Notes: generated by a model from the sequence alone, not told the origin. Shown: positions 49,906 to 58,112, counted from the first letter of the stretch. The stretch: DNA of 64,000 bases from an uncultured Gammaproteobacteria bacterium (GCA_964511965.1 CAZEGF010000022.1:12101-76100), one strand, 5' to 3'. Translations and numbers: made by a program.

Positions 49906-49941
49906 AGAGTGAATTATAGGTCAACAGTAGCCCGTTTTCAA
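49865..49941 (-). promoter_or_regulatory. Sigma70 promoter, hairpin and boxA-like element of islet B
   Basis: TTGAAA(49941-49936)-N17-TATAAT(49918-49913); CGCTCTTTTACA (49876-49865), 10/12 to E. coli rrn boxA TGCTCTTTAACA. Confidence 0.75.
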
Positions 49942-49957
49942 TATTGTTTTAATGTGA

Positions 49958-50140
49958 TAGTTTTTTTTGAAAAGCTTTTGAGGTATGAGCCCTGTCGTGC
50001 TCTATCACAACAAACATGTTTATATTTAGATGAAGTTGAGATATAAGCAAAGCTTGGCTACGCTAAGCAAAGCTTGGCTACGCTAAGCAAAGCTTGTACC
50101 TCAAAATCTATTAGTTTTTTTTGAAAAGCTTTTGAGGTAT
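49958..50140. repeat. 29-bp direct repeats enclosing a 20-bp tandem repeat
   Basis: TAGTTTTTTTTGAAAAGCTTTTGAGGTAT at 49958 and 50112; TAAGCAAAGCTTGGCTACGC about 2.6 copies at 50044-50096. Confidence 0.9.
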
Positions 50141-50193
50141 AATTACCCTATCTTGTAGTAAATTACAGGAAATTTAGGAGGTGTTTTTAAAAT

Positions 50194-50379
50194 ATGGTTT
50201 TTGTAAAAAAACAACCAGGGGATAGCCCTGATGCCATGATAAGAAAATTTTCTCGCAAAGTAATGAGCGAAGGTATTATTACTGAGATGAAAAAAAGAGA
50301 ATTTCATCTCAAGCCTTCATTGGCTAAAAAATTCAAAAAAGCTCTGAAGCAGAAAATGGCAAAACACAATCAGTATTAA
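50194..50379 (+). CDS. rpsU: 30S ribosomal protein S21
   Basis: IRKFSRKV..EGIITEMKKREFHLKPS. Confidence 0.9.
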   Translation: MVFVKKQPGDSPDAMIRKFSRKVMSEGIITEMKKREFHLKPSLAKKFKKALKQKMAKHNQY

Positions 50380-50462
50380 GTTTAGAATAAAGGAGTAGGA
50401 ATAAAGAATAAAGGAACTTGCTTAATACTTAATTCTTAATACTTAATTCTAATTTTCAAAGT

Positions 50463-50849
50463 ATGAATTCTATCTCAATCCCAATTTACGTGGAGAGTCG
50501 GTATAAAATTAATCGAAAAAGGATTAAGGAGACTGTCATTAAAGTGCTTTTAAAACAACATATTACAAGTCCTGTTGAGGTGAGCATTGCTGTAATTGGC
50601 AATCGCAAAATGCGTGCTCTTAACAAAAAATATAGAGACATAGATAAATCCACGAATGTCCTTTCTTTTTCCCAGACCGAAGGTGATGGTGTCATGCAAC
50701 CCCCGGACAAGCTTTATTTAGGGGACATCGTCCTTTCTTTCCCGAAAGTAATTGAGGAGTGTGCCCGTGACAATATGTTGATTGATGACCGAGTAGACGA
50801 ATTAGTCGAGCACAGTCTCATGCATCTTCTTGGCTTCCACCACAGATAA
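50463..50849 (+). CDS. ybeY: rRNA maturation endoribonuclease YbeY
   Basis: LNKKYR, TNVLSF, LGDI, HSLMHLLGFHH. Confidence 0.93.
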   Translation: MNSISIPIYVESRYKINRKRIKETVIKVLLKQHITSPVEVSIAVIGNRKMRALNKKYRDIDKSTNVLSFSQTEGDGVMQPPDKLYLGDIVLSFPKVIEECARDNMLIDDRVDELVEHSLMHLLGFHHR

Positions 50850-50955
50850 AGTGAATTAAGGGTTAAGAATAAAGTATTAAGGGTTTACACCTGAATTTAT
50901 TTCGAATATACTGCTTTTGCTTAATACTTACTTCTTGATTCTTTATTCTTAAGTT

Positions 50956-52437
50956 ATGGTATATTACAGAAAATACAGACCCCAAACAATTTCCGATCTT
51001 GATCTTTTTTACGTTCGAGAAAAGCTTTCAGCAATTCTTTCATCAAAAGAAATCCCTCACGCATTTTTATTTACCGGTAGTAAGGGTCTTGGAAAAACTT
51101 CATCTGCTCGAATTTTGGCAAAGGCAATCAACTGCACAGAAAGAGTATCTAGCAACTTGCAACTAGCATCTAGCAAGAAGCAAGAAGCAAGAAGCCAGGA
51201 GCCTATTTCCATTGAACCTTGTAATAAATGTGATGTGTGTGTCTCAATAACCAATGGGTCAAATATTGATGTCCTTGAAATCGATGCTGCCTCGAATGGG
51301 GGAGTAGAGGAAATGCGTACTCTCAGGGAGAGAGTTAAATTTGCATCTTCAACCCTCAAGAAAAAAGTGTACATAATCGATGAGGTGCATATGTTATCCA
51401 CCGGTGCATTTAATGCACTTTTAAAAACACTGGAGGAGCCACCTTCTCATGTAGTATTTGTTCTGGCAACAACGGAGCTGCATAAATTGCCTGCAACGGT
51501 TGTTTCTCGTACCTTTCAAGTTCAATTTGAAAAGCCCTCACAGGATGAATTAATTCATTCATTGAAAAGAATAGTTACAGGTGAAAAATTGAAAGTTAAT
51601 GACGAAGTTTTGACAGAAATATATAAAGTTGCCGAAGGAAGTTTTCGGGATGGTGCAAAAATTTTGGAAGAATTGGCGCTTTCTTCCGGTGGCAAACATA
51701 TAACGATAGACCTATTTGAAAAAACTTTTCATACGAAAGGATTGAATGATGAGGTGGTAGCTCTTCTTGAAGCATACGCCTCAAAAAACGCAAAAGAGGG
51801 GCTTCAGACAATAAATGCATTATATGAATCAGGCGCCGACTTTAAGATAGTTATCGAAAAATTAGTTGATCATTTACGGGGGTTACTGATGCTACGAAAT
51901 GGAATAACAAGCGATGTGCAAGATATTAAGGATTTGAATATTGATAATATTCGATCGCTTTTAGAGCTTGCCAATGAAGCTTATGGAGAACTAAAAATAT
52001 CAGTGATACCACAATTACCGTTAGAGCTTATGACTGTCAAGTATTGCATTATAGATAGGGGACAGAAGTCAGAAGACAGCAGGCAGGAGACAGTAAACAG
52101 TAGTCAGAAGTCAGAAGGAAAAAACCAAACGGTTGTCATTGAGAGGAGTGAAACGACGAGGCGCCACCATGAAATGGCAAGTACTCTTAGGGTGCAATCT
52201 GATAATACAACTCTACTTAAATCCCTCATTGATGAACTAAATATTGTTAACAAACCAGGCGCTGCATTATTGAGGTCGGCAAAGGAGGCTGTTTTGGATA
52301 AAGAGACAATGGTTATTTATACTCCTTTTCCCATTCACGCAGAGCGGTTGAAATCTGAAAAAGTATACCCCGATCTTCTTAAATCCGCAGGAGTAGTCGC
52401 GGGTCGCAAGGTTGATCTTGCCATAAAAATTTCCTAA
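50956..52437 (+). CDS. dnaX: DNA polymerase III subunit gamma/tau
   Basis: YRKYRP, GLGKTS, EIDAASN, IIDEVHML, LLKTLEEP. Confidence 0.97.
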   Translation: MVYYRKYRPQTISDLDLFYVREKLSAILSSKEIPHAFLFTGSKGLGKTSSARILAKAINCTERVSSNLQLASSKKQEARSQEPISIEPCNKCDVCVSITNGSNIDVLEIDAASNGGVEEMRTLRERVKFASSTLKKKVYIIDEVHMLSTGAFNALLKTLEEPPSHVVFVLATTELHKLPATVVSRTFQVQFEKPSQDELIHSLKRIVTGEKLKVNDEVLTEIYKVAEGSFRDGAKILEELALSSGGKHITIDLFEKTFHTKGLNDEVVALLEAYASKNAKEGLQTINALYESGADFKIVIEKLVDHLRGLLMLRNGITSDVQDIKDLNIDNIRSLLELANEAYGELKISVIPQLPLELMTVKYCIIDRGQKSEDSRQETVNSSQKSEGKNQTVVIERSETTRRHHEMASTLRVQSDNTTLLKSLIDELNIVNKPGAALLRSAKEAVLDKETMVIYTPFPIHAERLKSEKVYPDLLKSAGVVAGRKVDLAIKIS

Positions 52438-52442
52438 AAAAC

Positions 52443-52473
52443 AAAAAAGGCCACCTCCTGGGTGGAGGTGGCC
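52443..52473 (-). terminator. Intrinsic terminator of islet C
   Basis: GGCCACCTCC-ACCCA-GGAGGTGGCC-TTTTTT. Confidence 0.9.
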
Positions 52474-52515
52474 TGATTTGCACAGTGAACTCTGGGAGTT
52501 GGAAGGCCCTGCCTT

Positions 52516-52809
52516 TTATGAAGTGCCCGACTGGGCGTTTCGCAGATCGTGTTCGTACTGGATTGCGTTGAACATGCACTTGCAGTACATGCCGTCCATG
52601 TAGCCACTGCCGAGGCAGAGACAATTCTGGCTGGGTCTGTCATGCAGCGTTCCGGTGTAGACACCACGAAGCTCGGTTTCTGTCTTGTTGGCCGGCCGAG
52701 CCTCAGGGGTGCGGATCCTACGCTCCGCCGACAGCCTGAGATCCCATACCGAAGGTTGTGGTGCTTGTAGAACCGGAGCCTTACCATTGCTGGTAGGTGT
52801 TCTTGCCAT
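52516..52809 (-). CDS. Small protein with CxCxGxG...CxC putative Zn site
   Basis: SD AAAGGGTG; NCLCLGSGYMDGMYCKC. Confidence 0.65.
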   Translation of the reverse strand: MARTPTSNGKAPVLQAPQPSVWDLRLSAERRIRTPEARPANKTETELRGVYTGTLHDRPSQNCLCLGSGYMDGMYCKCMFNAIQYEHDLRNAQSGTS

Positions 52810-53002
52810 CTTGTTGGCTCACCCTTTCTGTTCCGTAAGGAACTGTTGCTTCAGAGGATCCGAAGCAATTGCTATCCTTTTGCAGGATCGGCCCCGTCTC
52901 TCGACGGGGCTTCTCCCCGGCATTTCCCTTGCCTGACTTGACTGCGCTCGGTGGTAGTTACCTCCTTTTCGTCATTTTTAACGCCCTTGGGGACGATGAC
53001 GT

Positions 53003-53149
53003 CTAGTGGATCTGAGTTACCAGAATGGCTATTGCAACTGCGAATGCAGAGCATACCATCAAGGCAGAGTAGGCTGTTTGTTTCCGATATGCTGCCTGGC
53101 GGGCAGCCTTGGAGTGAGGCGGCGGGGGTGGCCCCTTTTTCCTGAACAA
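53003..53149 (-). CDS. 48-aa protein, Pro-rich N-terminus and C-terminal TM helix
   Basis: TTG start after SD AAGGAGAGG. Confidence 0.6.
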   Translation of the reverse strand: MFRKKGPPPPPHSKAARQAAYRKQTAYSALMVCSAFAVAIAILVTQIH

Positions 53150-53237
53150 GACTGTACCTCTCCTTGTGTCGTATTCGACAACCAACATGCAATTCTCAAA
53201 TAAATTGTAAATTGGTTGTCGACTACGACTTCTCCCA

Positions 53238-53328
53238 AAATTTCAAAGTGCAAATAAATACATTTAGCACAATTTCTTTACAAGCAAAAAAAGTAAAGAA
53301 TTATCCTATTTGTGGCTAGATTATAGCA
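53238..53328 (-). promoter_or_regulatory. Islet C promoter and boxA-like element
   Basis: TGCTATAAT (53328-53320); GCACTTTGAAATTT (53251-53238). Confidence 0.7.
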
Positions 53329-53355
53329 TATAGTAGTTTTAAATGAGGATATGGC

Positions 53356-53380
53356 AAAAGGCCGTCCGTGGAGGACGGCC
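53356..53380 (-). terminator. Intrinsic terminator of islet D
   Basis: GGCCGTCC-TCCAC-GGACGGCC-TTTT. Confidence 0.85.
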
Positions 53381-53399
53381 CAAAATTGCACGGTGATAT

Positions 53400-53684
53400 T
53401 TATGGATGTTCATTCTTCTCGATGTAAAGTTGGACAAGCCTTATCCACTCTGGCTTGATGGTCGGCCAATTTTGCCGCACATACGGGTGCGGAAAGTTGT
53501 TGTAGAGCCAAGCCTCGAGCGTGCCAGTCGAGAAAGTGCGCTTCGGTCCACCTGGTGGCTTGCGAAACCTCCGTTCGAGAGGTAAACCATTTGGATAGGA
53601 AATTGCCACCGACCAGTAGTCTTGGTTGACGGTTGGAGAACGCATCTCCAGAGAAAGTCCAGCCGTGAGATGTAGACTGATCAT
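53400..53684 (-). CDS. Small hypothetical protein (94 aa)
   Basis: SD GGAG 7 nt upstream; ends at the trailer helix. Confidence 0.6.
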   Translation of the reverse strand: MISLHLTAGLSLEMRSPTVNQDYWSVAISYPNGLPLERRFRKPPGGPKRTFSTGTLEAWLYNNFPHPYVRQNWPTIKPEWIRLVQLYIEKNEHP

Positions 53685-53711
53685 TATCCATCTCCATAGG
53701 GAAACTTGGTG

Positions 53712-53930
53712 CTAGCGCGTTGGGATGTGAAGTGATTTCCTGATCTCATCTTGCGTCATATAGACACACAGGCAGTTCATGGGTTCGCCTTCGTCGGTGG
53801 TGTCGGGCTTGACGCCGCGATCGCACTTGAGAACGCAGTCGGGGCTGAACGGGTACTTGTGAGGCCCGCGGCCCGCTTGTAGCAGTTGTTCCCGAGCTTC
53901 GGAATAGTGAGAATCCTCATTGTATTCCAT
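53712..53930 (-). CDS. Small protein with CxxxCxxG...CxC putative Zn site
   Basis: SD AAGGAG; DCVLKCDRG...NCLCV. Confidence 0.65.
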   Translation of the reverse strand: MEYNEDSHYSEAREQLLQAGRGPHKYPFSPDCVLKCDRGVKPDTTDEGEPMNCLCVYMTQDEIRKSLHIPTR

Positions 53931-53945
53931 CAGATGTGCTCCTTC

Positions 53946-54191
53946 CTAACAGTCATGGTACCCATACAGATCGTAAGAAACGATGGGTCGTGGTTTTGGA
54001 ATGATTTCAAGCAGCCAGCAATTTTCATGTTGAGCCGCTTGGTTGAATTCGTCTTCGCACGAAGGAACGTGCCCTTGCTCAAAGTACGAATTGTGTTCTG
54101 GATCAAGGCAGAGCCTCGATTTGACGTGTTGACCGCAGAGTGTGCAGTCTCGAGGTGCGCCGTTGACTTTTACGCCTATGAGTTGAGTCAT
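53946..54191 (-). CDS. Small Cys/His-rich protein
   Basis: SD AGGAGG; CTLC...HVPSC...HENC. Confidence 0.65.
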   Translation of the reverse strand: MTQLIGVKVNGAPRDCTLCGQHVKSRLCLDPEHNSYFEQGHVPSCEDEFNQAAQHENCWLLEIIPKPRPIVSYDLYGYHDC

Positions 54192-54255
54192 TTTCCCTCC
54201 TGACTACCGCTTCAGGCAAAGAATTGCCCAAGGCGGTAGCCAAAAAGGAATCCAT

Positions 54256-54339
54256 AAATTTCAAAGTGCTGAAAATCATGATGAGAACGCCATAGTAGAG
54301 CGCATCTACTAATTAATTCTCAAATTTAGAACGATTATA
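54256..54339 (-). promoter_or_regulatory. Islet D promoter and boxA-like element
   Basis: TATAAT (54339-54334); GCACTTTGAAATTT (54269-54256), identical to the islet C copy. Confidence 0.7.
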
Positions 54340-54393
54340 CATCGAAACAGATTGTAAAACGATAATTTGTAGCCTATAATTCATTTTTGCACT

Positions 54394-55440
54394 ATGGCAG
54401 GTGAACAGAATTTATCATTGGTTGAATTCAGGGGAATTCCTGTCGAGAGACGTTATAGGAATTCAGTTGATTCATATCTTGTTTCACACCTCAATTATTT
54501 AGATCCTCAGGTCGGGCAAATGGCAAAACACCATTTTGGATTTGAGACAGAAGATGGAAGTACTAGTATCCATAGTGCTGGAAAGCAACTTCGACCAACC
54601 TCACTTCTTTTGACTATAGATGCTATGGGAGGTGCTTGGGATGCTGCGGTTCCAGCGGCTGGGGCCATAGAACTTTTTCATAATGCGACACTTGCTCATG
54701 ATGACGTAGAAGATGGAGATGAGTCACGGCATGGGAAACCAACTATAGGAAAAATATGGGGTGAGGCACGCGCAATAAATTCTGGTGATATATTCTTTGC
54801 AGAGAGTACCGGTCTATTGTTCCGTCTTCCAAGAGATATTTATAATACTGAAACCATTTTGAAAGCAGCGCAAATGTTTTCAGACCAGACGAAGAAAGTT
54901 TTTCAAGGACAAGAGTTTGATATAAGGTTTGAAAAAGAAGCATATATTACAAGGGACCAGTATGAAGAAATGATCTCACTTAAAACAGGAGCATTATTTT
55001 CTTTATCATTTGGTATGGGAGCACTACTTGCAGGTCGGGATGAGCAGACAATAGGGCAAATGTCAGAATTTGGACTAAATTTGGGAAGAGGATTTCAGCT
55101 GGCTGATGACCTTAGTGAGCTGGTTGACCCGAAAACTATACCATCAGATATACTAAAACGTAAAAAAACTTTGCCGGTTGTACTTGCGCAAGAAAGGGAA
55201 GATGTCGAAGGGTATAGTCGTTTTATGCAACATATATCGCCAAACGATATTCCTCCTACCGGAGTTGAGAGTCGCGAGATTTTGGATTTTTTGCAAAAGG
55301 CAGGCACAATAGTTGAAGCAAAAAAGCTTCTTGAAGCGCTAAATCAAGAATTAATAACAGAGGTCGAAGAAAAACTGCCAATTGAGAAATGGGCAGCGGA
55401 AGATTTTTCAAAAATGGTTTCTCTAACTCTTAAAGTTTAA
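54394..55440 (+). CDS. Polyprenyl diphosphate synthase
   Basis: GKQLRP, HDDVEDGDESRHG, KTGALF, FQLADD. Confidence 0.93.
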   Translation: MAGEQNLSLVEFRGIPVERRYRNSVDSYLVSHLNYLDPQVGQMAKHHFGFETEDGSTSIHSAGKQLRPTSLLLTIDAMGGAWDAAVPAAGAIELFHNATLAHDDVEDGDESRHGKPTIGKIWGEARAINSGDIFFAESTGLLFRLPRDIYNTETILKAAQMFSDQTKKVFQGQEFDIRFEKEAYITRDQYEEMISLKTGALFSLSFGMGALLAGRDEQTIGQMSEFGLNLGRGFQLADDLSELVDPKTIPSDILKRKKTLPVVLAQEREDVEGYSRFMQHISPNDIPPTGVESREILDFLQKAGTIVEAKKLLEALNQELITEVEEKLPIEKWAAEDFSKMVSLTLKV

Positions 55441-55442
55441 TT

Positions 55443-55652
55443 TTAATCCAGACTATCGCCCTTGTCATAAACAAACGATTGCGGTTTTAATCTCATAGCT
55501 AATTCTTCTGCTTGAGCTTGTATTTCTGCGGGTGTTTTGAAAGAGTTAGAAGGAATAAAATCTACACCTTCAATAAGTCTACAAGGATCGGGTGCTTCGT
55601 TTTGTATAGGTTGGGTAGCATCTACAGGTGTAAAGCCCCTTATTTCTGACAT
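55443..55652 (-). CDS. Small hypothetical protein
   Basis: 69-aa ORF with a -10-like box just upstream. Confidence 0.5.
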   Translation of the reverse strand: MSEIRGFTPVDATQPIQNEAPDPCRLIEGVDFIPSNSFKTPAEIQAQAEELAMRLKPQSFVYDKGDSLD

Positions 55653-55824
55653 TACAATATTCTAAATGACATAAATTGAATTATCAAGTAAAATATAGTT
55701 GCCAATTTATGTAAAAATTGGTACTCTAGCGGATACTAGTTGTTATTTATTAGTTGATAGTTGTTATAATATTTAGTAACTATTAAATACTAAATAATGG
55801 TATGAAGGGTGGTGTTTTAGCATT

Positions 55825-56112
55825 ATGATGAATCCATTCAAACAAGCAGCAGAAATCAAAAGACTTCGGGACCAAGCAAAAAAAATCCAAGACGAATTAG
55901 CTCAAATTGAGGTAGAATCCGAAAAGGGAAGAGTAAAGGTAGTTATGAGCGGGGACATGAAAGTAAAGTCAGTTGAAATTAATGGTGAGGAAATGAAGGA
56001 CGCCCGTGAAGCATTCAATGAAGCTGTCGACCGAGCACAGAAAAAATCTGCACAAAAAATGCAGCAAATGGGAGCAGGATTGCAAGATCTTTTAGGAGGC
56101 TTGGGACAATAG
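55825..56112 (+). CDS. ybaB: YbaB/EbfC nucleoid-associated protein
   Basis: QAKKIQDELA, GRVKVVMSG, AFNEA. Confidence 0.88.
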   Translation: MMNPFKQAAEIKRLRDQAKKIQDELAQIEVESEKGRVKVVMSGDMKVKSVEINGEEMKDAREAFNEAVDRAQKKSAQKMQQMGAGLQDLLGGLGQ

Positions 56113-56128
56113 AATTGAGAATTGAAAG

Positions 56129-57040
56129 TTGAGAATTCCTATGGTTTTTTTTGGAGATGGACAGAACGTGCCTCTTTCTAAAGGGATTGCAGCAACCCTC
56201 AAAACCACTGCCATTTATCCTGAGGTTACAGTGTTTTCTGATGGGGAAAGGCGGGTTCGTTTAAAGCTTGAAGTACTAAACGAGGACGTTGTTTTTTTAA
56301 AGTCAGCTTCTATTACTCCAAATGTCGATTCACTTGTAGTTGAAACTACATTTATCATAGATGCATTGAGAAGAAGTGGGGCAAAGTCAGTTACCGGTAT
56401 ATTTCCTCATTTTCCATATAGTCGAGGGGACCATTTATTTGGGGTTGGTGAGGCTGTCCCTCTGGAGGTTGTTATCCGGATGTTTGAAAGTGCGGGTCTA
56501 ACAAAAGTACTTTTCGTTGACCCTCATACAGTTAAAATTAGCGAGATGTTTGCTATACCATCAGTTAATGTTTCCGCACATTCATTGTTTTCTAAGAAAA
56601 TTAAATCGCTTGGATTTAACGAGAAAGATTCAATTCTTGTGAGTCCAGACAACGGGGGGCTAAGAAGGGTCAAGGCTCTTTCAGAAACTCTAAAAAACGC
56701 ACCATATATTGCGCTTGAAAAAAATAGAAATCACACAACAGGTAAAATAAAATTTGGAAAACTGAATGAAAAAGTAGCACCAAATTGCTACATTGTTGAT
56801 GATGAAATAGCTGGTGGCGGAACCGTTTTAAAAGCTATGGAAATACTCAAACAAAGTGGAGCTAAAAATATATTTGTGTTTGCAACGCACGCTGTTTTTT
56901 CAGGTAAAGCCCCTCAATTGCTCCAAAAATCAGAAGCCAGTAAAATTATTGTTACTGATAGTATCCCCGTAGGAAAAGACAAACATTTTAGAAAGCTAGA
57001 AGTTATATCGTTAGCTTCTATTATCGGCCAAAAGTTGTAG
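56129..57040 (+). CDS. prs: Ribose-phosphate diphosphokinase
   Basis: FSDGE, PYSRGD, VSPDNGG, VDDEIAGGGT, ATHAVFS. Confidence 0.93.
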   Translation: MRIPMVFFGDGQNVPLSKGIAATLKTTAIYPEVTVFSDGERRVRLKLEVLNEDVVFLKSASITPNVDSLVVETTFIIDALRRSGAKSVTGIFPHFPYSRGDHLFGVGEAVPLEVVIRMFESAGLTKVLFVDPHTVKISEMFAIPSVNVSAHSLFSKKIKSLGFNEKDSILVSPDNGGLRRVKALSETLKNAPYIALEKNRNHTTGKIKFGKLNEKVAPNCYIVDDEIAGGGTVLKAMEILKQSGAKNIFVFATHAVFSGKAPQLLQKSEASKIIVTDSIPVGKDKHFRKLEVISLASIIGQKL

Positions 57041-57787
57041 AACTTGTGTGTGAAGAACTCCATTTGAAGCGACAATATTTGGAGATGTCCTTAACAAATC
57101 ATTCCCATCAAAATCTGTAACTTTTCCGCCTGCTTCTCGAATAAGTACCGTTCCTGCTGCAATATCCCAATAGTTGAACTTTGTTTTAAAGTAAAAATCC
57201 AAATGCCCTTCGGCAACAGATGCCAAATGCAACGCTCCACTTCCAAAAATCCTTACTCCTCGCACTTTCTCCCGGATCTTATATAGGAGATCAAAATCAC
57301 TTTCCCGTGTCTCCATTTTTGAAGAGTTTTCTGTTGCAAAAAGAGTTTTAAGTAAGTTTAATTCTGTCGAAACATGAATTTCCTTGCCATTTAGAGTTGC
57401 ACCTTCGCCTTTTATTGCAACGAAAAGTTTGTCATAAACAGCCTGATAAATAACTCCTAATACTAAAACTCCATCTTTCTCTAGAGCAATTGAAACGCAG
57501 TATTCATTGATATGACGCTCAAAATTGATAGTTCCGTCAACCGGGTCAATAACCCACATATAACTTGATGAGATATCATTTTGTCCACTTTCTTCCGATA
57601 GAATAGCGTGATCCGGAAAGTTTTCCCTGATTTTTTTGACAATGAGACTTTCGGATTTGGTATCTGCCTCAGCTAAAATATCGTATGGTCCTTTTTCTTG
57701 AAATTTTATGTCTTGTGTTGAGAGCTGAAGTGCGAGTGCACCTGCTTCTTTTGCAGCCTCAACTGCAATTCGTTTGAATTCATCCAT
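57011..57787 (-). CDS. suhB: Inositol monophosphatase family protein
   Basis: LSEE, WVIDPVDGTINF, WDIAAG. Confidence 0.88.
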   Translation of the reverse strand: MDEFKRIAVEAAKEAGALALQLSTQDIKFQEKGPYDILAEADTKSESLIVKKIRENFPDHAILSEESGQNDISSSYMWVIDPVDGTINFERHINEYCVSIALEKDGVLVLGVIYQAVYDKLFVAIKGEGATLNGKEIHVSTELNLLKTLFATENSSKMETRESDFDLLYKIREKVRGVRIFGSGALHLASVAEGHLDFYFKTKFNYWDIAAGTVLIREAGGKVTDFDGNDLLRTSPNIVASNGVLHTQVLQLLADNRS

Positions 57788-58112
57788 TAGACAATGATAA
57801 CACATTGCCCGGAGAAACCGTTTGCGTTTGATCGAGAGTTACTATATGCCCCGGAATTAATCTTCTTAAAGTTTCAACAGCAGCAAGTTCAACTCCAATA
57901 TGAACAGCGGATGAAGGAAGATCATTAAATTCACCCTGTCTGATATCCCCAATTGCATTTGATGTGTCAAGAGCAGCTGACAAAACCCCAACAGCAACAA
58001 CCGTTTTGTAAGCCTTGCTTCGCAAAATATTTTGAATTCCCCCATGAATCCATTCATTTGTCCATGCTTCTTCTGCTAGTGATTGCAAACCATAGCCCAT
58101 TTCTCTAATCAT
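57780..58112 (-). CDS. Hypothetical protein
   Basis: 110-aa ORF with promoter-like TTGACT..TATAGT upstream. Confidence 0.55.
   Translation of the reverse strand: MIREMGYGLQSLAEEAWTNEWIHGGIQNILRSKAYKTVVAVGVLSAALDTSNAIGDIRQGEFNDLPSSAVHIGVELAAVETLRRLIPGHIVTLDQTQTVSPGNVLSLSNG

Noticed and set aside
49175-49924. ORFs inside islet B, including the CPHC-containing 49736-49924
   Set aside because: No convincing SD-led starts; ORFs overlap on both strands; CPHC comes from a DNA palindrome and that ORF starts inside the promoter
50044-50096. CRISPR array from the 20-bp tandem repeat
   Set aside because: Head-to-tail copies with no spacers
52443-54339. Prophage remnant or transposon with terminal inverted repeats
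   Set aside because: No phage, integrase or transposase genes and no target duplication seen; promoter and terminator lie outside the repeats, and G.U asymmetry favours RNA pairing
50463-57787. ybeY and suhB as dedicated partners of the boxA islets
   Set aside because: Both have rRNA-related roles in E. coli, but they are common housekeeping genes and proximity alone is not evidence
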